A DNA stretch of 64,000 nt from Camelus dromedarius (Eukaryota). The notes below the pieces were generated by a model. That model worked only from the letters and a program-made list of their open reading frames with translations. It did not search any database and was not told where the DNA came from. Positions within the stretch are counted from its first letter, which is position 1, and each line of letters opens with the position of its first letter. The stretch covers positions 9,178,001 to 9,242,000 of the forward strand of contig NC_087438.1 in NCBI RefSeq assembly GCF_036321535.1, written 5' to 3'. Below, one piece after another: positions 49,414-61,247 of this stretch. The translations under genes and the position numbers were made by a program.

Positions 49414-51654
49414 ATGACCTGACACATATGGCAGAAGCTGGGAAAGATGATTTGTTGGATACTTGCGCCAACAACTGGCAGCTCCCTTCTGCTCCTGGAA
49501 TCATGTTTTCTGGGAGTTACAGCTGAAGATTTCCTTTCTCACACACTTTTTTTTTTTTTTTTTCTCCTTAAGTCCTACAGCTCTTACTCTCGCTGAGTTA
49601 ACTACTATACCTTTTCTCTCACTGTCAAGGTGAAAAGCATGCTGAGTGTTACCTGCTAAAATTCAGAATGCATTGCTGTCTTTCTGGTCTTACTCCCATT
49701 CTCCCCAAATTCTTGGCCAAATCCTGCAGAATGATAATTTAATCCCAGTATTACAGGTTTCCTCCTAACAAATCTCCTAAGCTACCCTTAGAGACATTTA
49801 TTTCCATGTTTCCTTAAGGCCCAGAAATCAAAACTCAATTCCTAAAGTTGTCCTATAACAAATCAAGTATATACTGACCTAATAGAAAGTCCAACTAGGA
49901 CCAATCATGTCACATTCTGATGGAATCTTTCCTGTGTGCTATTCCTGACCTACTTTCTCCCTAATTGAACATGTGTGTTGAACCTTGTCTCTATGTAATC
50001 TGCAGAAACCCAGCTCAGAGTACATTTAATGTAATACAAGAGGTAATTTCCCTTCTCAGTGGGTCTCAATTTCCAGGTCATGGCAAGGACATTGAGCATC
50101 AGCCAAACCACAATCCAACCCTACATTGCTAAATTCTATGGAAATTTCAAACAAGGCATAAGGATTACTGCCAGTGCCTTGTCCCAGCACATGCATCCCC
50201 CGTGTAGCAACACTGAAGAATTGGTCAGATATGTAAGTACAAGTACCTGTTTTATGAACTACATCGACCTAATTCAGCTAGTAGAACAAGTTTCAAATAC
50301 CCAAGAAGTTCTCAAATTTGCATGACTTGGATGAACATGTTTACACAAATTCAAGAATTACTCCTTTCTTATTGGCATATTTAACTGCATTCAGTTGGAA
50401 TTCATCTGCCCTTCACGCATGGTTCTTCAGCTTTGCGTATGTACGTATTTGTCAATATTTAGCTTCTGCATTCACCATTTCTGTGTTATAGGCAGCTAGT
50501 TGTGCACTAATGTCCAGTCTCTCATTATAACATTGTAAAAGAATTCTTAATTTTTAAGTTGGCACGTGGTCAGCTGAAATACTGCAAACCCAAGACCCTC
50601 ACATACTCTCTTCCATGAAAAAGCAATTTGAATGCCTTGGTGGTTGGCTACGTACTGCAGCAAAACAACAGCAAAAAAGTGTGATGTGGCTGTTCCCCAA
50701 TCAGCAAGGTCATGAGGACAGATAGACATGTGGCCATTGGGTTAATCTCATTATGGCTTAGTTTATTGAACTAGAAGGTGGTAACAGAACAATTTTCATT
50801 CACAAATTTGTAGTAACTGTTAAATAGCAAATCCTGAGTACTAATCCTGGTACATAGTGTACACTTAGTAACAGCTGACTTGCTTTCTATTTTCATCAAA
50901 AAATTGCACATTTTGTGTAGGATTATACTACTGGTAAGACTTTGGAACTACAAGATACATAGCTGTGTCACCTTGAGTTATGGGTACGAATGGTGTGTAG
51001 AAGGGTTCAGAGTTCAGACAAATTTGTCATAGAAGAGTTGAAATAGTAAAATATTTGACCTAAATCCAAAGATTAAACAAGTATTGTAAATTAAATTTTG
51101 GTTATAGACATGACATCACATTAGCATTCAGGGTTGAATGGCTATTTGAGAAATTCTACATGCAAGGCATATGATTACAGGTAAAAAAAAAAAAAATGAA
51201 GGAAGGAAAACCCTGAAGCCAACCCTGATACGTTGAAACATATCACACACACAGACAAACCGAACACACACATATGTGTGCACACGATTTGAAAGCTTGT
51301 TTTTAGGTTCCAGCTTGAGACAGAGGAACTTGGACTTCCCTGACTGAAAATATCCCCATCTACTCTAAAGATGTGTCATCCACTTTGACAGATGCTAAAC
51401 GCTGGAGGGCTATTCATGGAGCAGAAGAAAAGAAAGGGACGTGTGGACTGCTGAGCAGAGGAACTAAGTTAATTGTGATGAACCTTGTTGTAAGAGAGTC
51501 TGCCAAAATAAATCATGTGAAAATCAAGGAAATGAGGTCTGAACTGTCTACATGCAAAATCTCTAGTTAAATACTGTTGAAAAAACAGATACTAGGGAAA
51601 ACTGACTTATTTTGCTACGATATTCAAGTCAGAAAAGTTTTAAGGAAGATGTAA

Positions 51655-52095
51655 AGTGGTGGTTCAAAATAGCCACGGACTCTTGCTGTGAATGATCTTC
51701 ACTGAGAAATTGGTTTGCTTCTTCTGTCTTTGAGCCTATGGCAGCTTTGGCAAATAGAATAAATAAAATCAGCATCTCTGCGCTTGCACTGAGCCCTCAT
51801 TTATGAGACACAACTGCACTGCTGCTGGGATTATGTAAAGAAAACTAAGACTACCTGGACAGAAAGAGTGTTTTAGAAGACCCAGGTTTCCAGCTATCCC
51901 CGCCAGGATGCCAGGCATGTGAGTACAGCTGCTGGTGACTTTCCTGCACAGTTCAGCTGTCAGCTGAATACTGTTGGACCACCCCGTCAAAACCATACAG
52001 AGCTGAAGAATCACCAGCCAAGCCCTCACAAAACCATGAGATATAATAAAATGGTCATATGTTGAGCTAGTAACTTATAAGATAGTTTCATTCAA
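51655..52095 (+). mobile_element. MLT1G/H-like MaLR LTR
   Basis: gtggtggttcaaaatagccac start; ccagctatccccgccaggatgccaggcatgtgagt...cagctgaata...agctgaagaatcaccagc...catgagatataataaaatgg. Confidence 0.75.
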
Positions 52096-53554
52096 AGCTA
52101 CATATGATGAAAAGACAAAGCAAAGCATGAAGAAGTCAGGATTCAATACAATTTGGGAGTCAAAATGGCACAGCAACTGATAGGCACATATACTTTTGAG
52201 AATAAAAGTTTACTTATGGAATAAAAAAGGCAGATTCATAATTTAACTCCCACTTACAACCCCAAATTAGCCTTAGTATAATAGAATACAACATCTGATA
52301 TTCCAAGCTAAAGAATTATGTTTTATAGTGAATTAATCATCATGTAGTAGAAATAAATTTGATTCAACAGTTAATCATGCCTCTGCTGTGATCTGGAATG
52401 AGATGAGAGAGAGGAAGAAGATGTAGACCCTATAAAGGAGCTCATAATCCTATTCTTCTGTTGTAGTGTTTTGCTATTTTCGTTTACTTGGGTGGAGTAT
52501 GTGAGGTGAGTTAGGTGACTGTCCTCAGATCACACAGTAAAGGACGGTGCTAAATTCATCTCTCAGCTCCTGACTCAGAGGCCACCGCTGTGATCATCTC
52601 GCTGCCTTGGTAAGGATTGTTTCGGGAACTGGTGCCTCCCTGAGTGCAATATGGGTGAGTATAAGTGGCAGAGGCCTTTGTAAGGTGAGATGAGAGGGAC
52701 TGGAAAGTTGAAGGAAGGAGAATTCCAATACATAGGAGAATGAAACAGCTTGCCAACTCCCAGAATTGCTAATGACGGTGAACACGCTTTACCATTCAGA
52801 TCAAGAGTCTGAATGAAACTATCAAATCAGGGGAAAAGGGCTCGAAATGATGACTGGTAGTCAAAAATAAGGCAGATGTTTGTTCCCGTGATCTCTTCTG
52901 GTGGCAATGAAAAATTTCTGTCTTGAGGTATGCTCATATTACCCAGGATAGCCAACTTCTCAGAAATTGTGTGCTTGCCTAATATCTCTTATAGTTAAAA
53001 GAAGCTATTGTGAGGCTCTTCAGTGATCGCTATAATCACACCACAGAATCTAAGATGACCACACAGCATGAACAACACGTTGCCAGCATCACCTGAAAAT
53101 TCAGATTATTCTAAAAGCATTCATTATTTTGGAGATTCCCACATTCATTGTACCATCTCGTTGGTTTATTTTCAGTGATATTCACAACGGAAGAATGATT
53201 TTCAGTAGCAAATATAATGATCAGAGATACTGCTCTACAATTATGTACTCATGTACAACCACACTATTTGAGTACGTATGATAGTGTTCATGATGAAATC
53301 TGCTATTTTAAAAGTTCCTAAGCTATTACTGCTTTTTTCCATTGGAAGACTATATCAAGTAAGTAAAAATTACAACCTGATGAGAAGGCATACTCATGTG
53401 GCCTACAGTGTGGAATTAATCGACTCGCCATGTTTTCCCTTCTTTATTTACTAGTTTTTTTTTTTTTGGTTGGTTGGTTGTTTTGGTCTTCCCCAATAGT
53501 AGCAAATATGTTCACTTACTAAGTATGGCAATACTAATGTTACTTATTATACAA

Positions 53555-54190
53555 TTCATTTCACTGATCATCTCTCATCCAATCCTAAATTTAAAATATC
53601 ATCTATATATTAACAACCCCCCAATTTGTATATTCTGTCTGAAATTCTCCTCTGAATTCCAAGCATGTGTATCTACTCATTATTTATAAAGTAAATAGAA
53701 GATATCTAAGAATTGAGGCTTGGACCCTTTGAAAGTCAAGGCCACGAGGAAGAGAAATGCAAGGAAAGGAGGCCAAAGAGGAACGTCTACAACAAGGGTT
53801 GAAAACCAGGTGTTAACTTGCATGTCACATAACGAGGTATTTCTGTTGGAGGGAAAATCAACTGTTTCAAATACGCTGGTAGTTAAGCAAGACTGGAAGA
53901 GAATTAACCTTTGGTTTTTTAACTCAGAGGTCATTGGTGCTTGTATAGGAGTAGTTTTGATTCTATGGTGGGGTTGAAGCGTAATTGGATAGAGTTTACA
54001 AGTAAATATGCAACAAAGAACTGTATACTAAAATTACAGACAATAATTATGAGGAGATTTGGTATAGAAAAGAGTGAGAAAAAAGAGGTGGTAACTAAAA
54101 GGGGAAATTAAAATCAATAGTTTTTTTTAAAACTTTTTAAGAAGAGAGAAATAATAGAATATTGGTATGCTTATGTGGAAAATTACATAT
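53555..54190. mobile_element. Degenerate L2 fragments in opposite orientations
   Basis: + piece tttaaaatatcatctatat...ctcctctgaattccaagcatgtgtatcta; - piece atcaactgtttcaaatacgctggtagttaagcaagactgga...gaggtcattggtgcttg. Confidence 0.5.
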
Positions 54191-55244
54191 GCAAGAGATA
54201 CAAAGAGAGATGATATAATTCCTGAGAAGAATTCAATTTGTGGTCATATTTCTCAACCCTGGTCTCTCTTCTGCATTTCCAATCTTTTTGAAATGTATCA
54301 TCCATATAGTTTTTGTCTTCTTTCTAGTGTTTGCTTCCTAAACTTAAACTTCACACCTCCTTATGTGGACGACTGAAGGAGACTAACACAATATTTAAGA
54401 ACATGCTTCCACCAGTATATCTGCCACTGGAGTTTGTCAATCACAGGCCATTGCTGATTTATGTGTGGTTTTAATCATCCATCTACTCTGTCTGTGACCA
54501 TCCTACTTCAGTTTCCTGTGAAATCTGTCCTTGATTTTATTTTTTTTTTAAATTTCTGTGCACAAATTTAGTGCAGCAGCATATTATTTGGAAATTCTCA
54601 ATCATCTAGCACCTTGGTGGTGTAAATCAATAGAGAGGAGTTGGACAGGAACCATCCTTCACAGAACATTAATGCAATCTTTTCTTACATATTAATTCCA
54701 CTGACCAAATTAGGCTTTGAAGTAGTGCATGAAATCCTATTAGACAGATAATTATCTTGACTTTTTGCTCCAAGGTAAGTAATTTTTATCGAATACATTC
54801 TTATAGAGTGACTTACATGATGGAAAGTTTATCTAGAGTGGATATTACTAAATAGTTCTGTTGTTTTTTAGTTGTGTATTCGAGTGTATGTTTATGTGTG
54901 TTTTTAATTGTAATTGAGATAGCCTGTAGATGCCTTCATTGGTGATAAATTCTAACCTTTCAGGAAGATTGGGCTGTAATATTAATACAAAAAAATGCAA
55001 TCTTGGCCTGCCTAAGGTTAATTTGTAGGTTTTTGAAGAAATTGAGTGGAATGAGTTGGTTATATCCTCAGAAGGATAATTTTACTTAGGCCTGTTCCAT
55101 CTGACTGAACACTTTTATTTACACATGAGAACAGTGACAAGCAATAAAAGCAATGCTTTCATTTGCACATGACAGTGACAGGCATTACTCGAAGCATGTC
55201 ACACATATTAATTTACTTAATGCTTACAATGAATCTAAACATAA

Positions 55245-56220
55245 CATTCATTGGTCCATAGCCATGACTGAAATCCCACAGGGAAAATGTTGCCAGGTTC
55301 CTCGAAACAGAACCAGCATGTTCCTTGGTTAGAAGGCAGTTCTGCTGTCTGGGAATAGCTCCTAGAATAGATCTAATTCTTGAGAATGGATCCTTTCATG
55401 GTTTTCTCCCTGCTTCTTGGCTCTGCCTTCTTTGATGATGTTTCCTTTTGCCAAAGACTTGGCCTCTGTAAGTATATGAGTAGCTAGATAAGAGTTTGTA
55501 TATGAATAGCCTGCTTTCTGTTAACATGTGGTCAGGATCCAGAAGGCATTTTGCTATTTGAGCTGTCTCAGACACTTTTAGTCTAAGTCAGTAGGGTTCT
55601 TACCCATATGCTACTCTAAAATTTTTGAAATGTGTGTGAATTGATTTCGTTCACTTCATTTATCAAAAGCCACACTAAACATTTCCTTTATAGACAGATA
55701 GTTACCATCTTATTTCAAAGACACATACCACCACATTCTTGGTTTTATCTTTGTTCACAGGCCTTGTTTCAATTCAAACTCTCTCATTGGCTTAGAAAAC
55801 TAGACTTTAACAACATGATTTTCCAATGGAAAACAACTGGCCCCATGTACTCCCTTTAAATTCTGCTTGAAAATTAATTCTTCCTTTAGCTCATTTTTCT
55901 CTTGTGGCGCCTTATCCAATTCAGTTCTGTGAACCCAGCTGACACTTTCAACAGTCTTTCTGGATCTATCTTTATCCAAATCCAGTTTCTTTAGTACATT
56001 TTACATCTTCTAAGATAATTCAGGTAACAGCTTTGGCACATGTTTCACTATTATTAATATCATTTTTCTTGACTCCAATTACATACACTATTTTCACTTA
56101 TTTTGCAGTTTTTGCTAATAATTTATTCATCATTCTTCAAGGCCCACATGCCACTTGGTGTCAAAGCTAATTTCATACTTTTAGGATTTTATGATGGCAG
56201 GGCTACATTTCTAATACCCC
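55245..56220 (-). mobile_element. MaLR (MLT1) internal-region fragment
   Basis: gagctgtctcagacacttttagtc, ctgacactttcaacagtctttctgga, aagctaatttcatacttttaggattttatgatggcag...catttctaatacc resemble antisense MLT1-int. Confidence 0.55.
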
Positions 56221-56874
56221 TTCTAGAAGAGAATCAGTTCTACTATAAGAGAACTTGTAGTATGGAGAAGAAAATAGAGGACTACTGACTGAATAATACA
56301 GAAAAAAAGGTTTATATTTGTTTATGCTGATCTACATAAGAGCTGCCTGTTAATTTGTTCCTGTAAAACTGGAACAAATGCTTTCAGTGACACACTGAAA
56401 GCTTGATTTATGACCCTAATGGGTTAGACATTTACAGTCAGAAATAAAAAGTGAGGTATATCAAATAAAATATATGAATAATTTGATGTTAAGGTGGAAC
56501 TAGCACAAGTAACAGAGTGATTATTCAAAATGGTCCTAAGACATCATTCCAAGCAAGGTGAATTTAAATGAATCCACATACTTAAGTTCTGAACTTGAAA
56601 TAAAACTACAATAGTAACAAGAAGAAACACAAATCACAACAAAACAGAAATTTAAAATTCAAAAAGTGATGTAAGGTATACATACACAGAAAAAAAAAAA
56701 AACTGAATGACTGCATACTATTAAATATGTAGCTTAGAAGAATACATGTAAAAAAGAACATTGGGCTATGTGTCCAAAACATGTTGGTGGGAAAAAGATC
56801 ACTGAATTTTGCAGTCCTCAACATCCATTCAAATAGAAAAGACTGAGTAACTGTTGCTATAAAGACACTTAAGA

Positions 56875-56904
56875 TTTTGTTGTTGTTGTTGTTTTTGTTT
56901 TTGT

Positions 56905-56935
<31 letters not shown>
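56875..56935. repeat. Compound (TTG)n/(TTTTTG)n/(TTTTG)n microsatellite
   Basis: Direct reading. Confidence 0.93.
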
Positions 56936-57079
56936 AACTAAGGCACCCCCAAACATATTTAAATTTAGAGCAGTTCTTATTGCCTGATACATATCTGTTG
57001 TTCAGTGATTCTGTCATCATTTAATGGAAGAACTCTTGTTTCCTGGCTACATATTCACTATTCTCCATTAGTTCTTCAG

Positions 57080-57113
57080 TCTATCTATCTGTCTATCTAT
57101 CTATCTATCTATC
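57080..57113. repeat. (TCTA)n tetranucleotide microsatellite with one TCTG interruption
   Basis: Direct reading. Confidence 0.93.
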
Positions 57114-58964
57114 TTGATATGGTAGTTTTTAATCTATGTTGCTATTCAGAGCTCTTACAGACAGATCTACTTATTGTTATATCATATGAGTAAATAGGAT
57201 GCCAATGATTTTACACAAACATAGAGAAACAATTGTTTGGATGAAATATTTGGTGCCAGAATCTTACAATTGCACTACAGCCTTCAAGGAAGCACTCTAT
57301 GGGTCAATGGTTGCCAGGTCCTTGAAGAGGAATATTTGCTGACCATTATGCACTGCAGGTCCTGTCATGATATCAAACAAATAATAAGTTTGTGGTAAGT
57401 ATTTTCAATGAATTGCATAAATTTAAATATTCGCCCTTTCAAACTGACCATACTTCAATAACATTTAGAAGGTTTTTTAAGCTGTTCAAAGACATTTCAA
57501 ATAAAATTTACCTTAACAAATGACTCCCCAGATTACATTACATAGCTTGATATAAGTGCTCAGAAAATCACTTTCTCCTTTTATATTTATGTTATTCAGC
57601 ATTAATTCTGGCCCTTTACAAAGTCTAACAATCATAGTTCTAGCACCATTTGTTTCAGTCAAAATGTGTCTTGAGCCCAAAAATTGGAAAGAAAAGGTCC
57701 ATTTGGCGTGGATTACAAGTCTTTCTGAATATGAGAAGGAAATAAGTTTGAACATTCTTTCAATAATGTATTATCAGATGCCAGCATATTTATGTAGCGA
57801 TACACAATTGTTGACCTAGGATGTCTAATTTGGAGTGCCAGCTATGGTATTTTTATATATCAGCTTAAAAGAAAAGCTACAAACACAAAATAAAATATAT
57901 TACAAGTGAGAAGTGAGCCTTTATAAACTCCTGACTGATTTCTAAACTTTTTTTCTGTATGTTTATATAACCCACCAAAGTAACTGTGAACTAGGTAAAT
58001 GGATTGCTTAGATAAAAATCAGGTTTTAATTCACATGGGATTCACCGTATTTGTTGCAGTGATTTTGAAATAACTGTTTCATAATGCATCAGTTTCAAGG
58101 AAAACAGGTAATAAATGTTCAAATTTTCTAGACTCAGTTTATTAAAGAAAACTATTGAATAAGAAAACGCTATGGAGTGCAGTTTTAAGATTTTTAGCTA
58201 TAGTTTAACAAGTCAGCAATCAGAGAACACTAAAATACCATGATTACTCCTAGCAAGGTAAACATATAAGATCGTATAACTAAACACAATGAATTTTATT
58301 AATTATTATAAATACTAAACATATAATCTCCTAACTGAATATAAATGCTTTAAACTTAGGTATGCCTATAATACATAGAAAATAATATACTTATCTTTAA
58401 CATTTGACATTAATATTGGGATTATATTAAGTTGAAAATGTATAGAATACAAATATATATGTATCTTTCTTATCTCGTAATTTTTGTATTTTTATCTTTT
58501 GTAATGGAAACAAAAAATATTTCTATTGTACACTTTCTTGTTTTATCTTCTCAGTAAAATATAAAACTATTTTGGACATACTTAAAACACAGAAAATGGA
58601 AAGAAAAATATAGGTGACACAAGCACTTTACCTTTAAAGTTCTTATTTTTAAATATTCTAAGAAAAATAATTAGAAATTTATTTGAGCTTTTTGAAAAAT
58701 CTGCAACCAAATCTTCTCTTTCTTTTCCTGGAGAAAACATTACTGTGAAGTTGGATAGTGTTCCTAAAATGTTTTTGTTTTATTGTTTTTCAATAATACA
58801 TATGTAATATATCTATCCATAAATGAGTTCAAGTCCTATTTTGTTTGTTTTAAAATGCATGAAACAAGCACTGTCCTTTAAATCAATGTATACTTTTTAT
58901 TAACTTATTCTTTATAATTAATACCATATGTTCAAAACCATTCCTACTTTTTACTAAATAGACA

Positions 58965-59995
58965 GTATCTTTTGATGCACAAAATTTTGGTGAAGCTCAA
59001 TTTGTTCACTTTCTTTTGTTATCTATGCCTTTGACATGATGTTTAAGAAACCATTACTGATTTCAAACTCATAAAATTTACCCCTGTGTTTTCTTCTAAG
59101 TTATAGTGTTTTTAACTCTTGTATTTAGGTCTTTTATTTAGTTTGAGTATATTGTTAAATTTGGTAAAGCATGGGTCAAACATCATTCTTTTGCAAGTTG
59201 GGAGTTGTCAGTCATTCAATTTGTTCTTTTTCAAAATAATTTTAGCTATTCAGAGTGACTTGCAATTTTATGTGAATTTTAGGATTAATTTTACCATTTC
59301 TGATAAAAGGCCATTAGGAATTGCACTGAATGTGACTGTGTTTTGCTGCTACTTTTCCAACTGGATAGCTTTTATTTGTTTTTCTTCTGAATTGATCTGG
59401 TTTGATTATCAGTACAATGTTGAATAGAAGCAGGGAAAATGAGCATTCTTGTCTTATTCCTGATCTTAGTGAGAAAAGCTTTCAATTTTTCATCACTTAA
59501 CATGAAGTCAGCTGTGGGTTGTATTATAAAATCTCTTTATTATGTTGAGGAAATGTCTTTCTATTCCTAGTTTATTAATCGTTCTCATTGTGAAAGGGAA
59601 ATAGATTTCATCAAATACTTTTATTGCAGAAATTAAGATGAGTACATTTTTCTTTTCATTTTTGTTTTTATTGAAGTGATAGATTACACTAAGGGAGTGT
59701 ATTTATGTCAAACCACCCTTGCATTCCTGGAATAAATCCCACTTGGTCATAGTGTATTATGCCCTTAATATGCTGCTGCATTTGATTTGCTAATATATTT
59801 GAGGATATTTGTATCTATAGTCATATGGGATATTGGCTTGTCATTTTCTTTTCTTTTGGTATCTTTTTTCTGTAATTTGTATCACAGTAGTGGTGGCCTC
59901 ATAGAATGATCTAGGAGCATTCCTCCCTATTCTGTTTGTTGGAAGACTTTGGGAAGGACTGATGTTACTTCTACTTCAAATGTTGTAGAATTCAC
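58965..59995 (-). mobile_element. Old L1 ORF2 fragment (L1MA/MB-like) with internal deletions
   Basis: cagtacaatgttgaatagaag...cattcttgtcttattcctgatcttag...aaagctttcaatt...ttctattcctagttt...ccttgcattcctggaataaatcccacttggtcatagtgtat...ggcctcatagaatga. Confidence 0.85.
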
Positions 59996-59997
59996 AT

Positions 59998-60255
59998 TGA
60001 TGTCTCTGAAAATTTGCTACAGTCTAAAGGAACCTAAAGAGACATGACAAGTAAATATAATGGAGTATTTTGCATAGGATCCTGGAACTGAGAAAAAAAT
60101 GCACTAGTTAAAAATCTAAGAGAATCTTAAGAAAATATAGACTTAGCTAATAATAAGACAGTAATTGAGTGCGAGTGTATATAGAAACCCTTTGTAATAT
60201 CTTTTCACTTTTTCTAAGTGGAAATTTGCTTTAAAATGCAGTCATCCATTTTTTA
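59998..60255 (+). mobile_element. L1MC-like 3' UTR fragment
   Basis: ctaaaggaacctaaagagacatgacaagtaaat...ggatcctggaactgagaaaaaa. Confidence 0.65.
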
Positions 60256-61205
60256 AAAGTCACTTATGAGGTGTGAAAAGCACCTCTACAATTTTCACAT
60301 GTTACAACACTTTTATTAGTTTAATGCCCAACGTTGGTGATATCTCACTGTCTCAAGTATCTCCAAAATATTGAGCAAGAATAGCTTTAAAGGCTTGCTA
60401 TAAATATACTCGATGTGAAGAAACAATCATTTCTCTTGCCTGTTGTGCTATAATAATCACGGCAGTACAAAGGCACTGGAAGCCATAGCTTCTATTTATC
60501 AAAGAACTATTTACTTAAGTATAATTTTGTGATAAAACAAAAAGTAACATACAAAATCATCCAATGGTAAACAAATTTTATTCCTTTTTTAGCTTGTGAA
60601 CATCTTTACTATTACAAGTTGACTCATATAGCCATAATTGCTATAAAAATTAGAGACAAGATGCTCGTTGTCACAATAATGATTGGATGTTATTGCCAAA
60701 TGCTCAGGAAGATAATGTTTACAAACAGTGCTAGTTTCACAGTTCTCTATAGGGAGCTCTTAAATATATACACATAATTAAAGATAAGATGCTTTTAAGC
60801 CACATATTCTATACAGAAAAACTCAGAACACTTTTTACTAACAATTAAGATAAGGCAGTAGTGTATACTGATTTCTATTATATTTATTTATGTGTTTATT
60901 TTACATATCTGTTAAAGATGCATGCTTTCCAAACCAACTCCTCTCTCTGACCTTCAGAAATCCTTTCATTAATCTCTACTTGTCCCCATCTACAACATTC
61001 CAGGCATTTTCTACTATCTACAGGTTCCAAATGCTATCTTTACCATTTCTTTTTGGAGAGGACCCTTTGTTGTACTTTACTGGGAATTTAGAGATCACCT
61101 GATGGGACCACTTGAAATTTACTGCCTCTTTACCCTTAAAAATGTATTTTCACTGATATTCATCGACCTAAACATGGCATTCTTTCTACCATCTGGACTT
61201 AGATG

Positions 61206-61247
61206 GTGTGTGTTTGTGTGTGTGTATGTGTGTGTGTGTGTGTATGT
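61206..61247. repeat. Imperfect (TG)n microsatellite
   Basis: Direct reading. Confidence 0.9.

Noticed and set aside
56606..56992. 128-aa minus-strand ORF with NK/N repeats
   Set aside because: Derived from the TTG/TTTTTG microsatellite.
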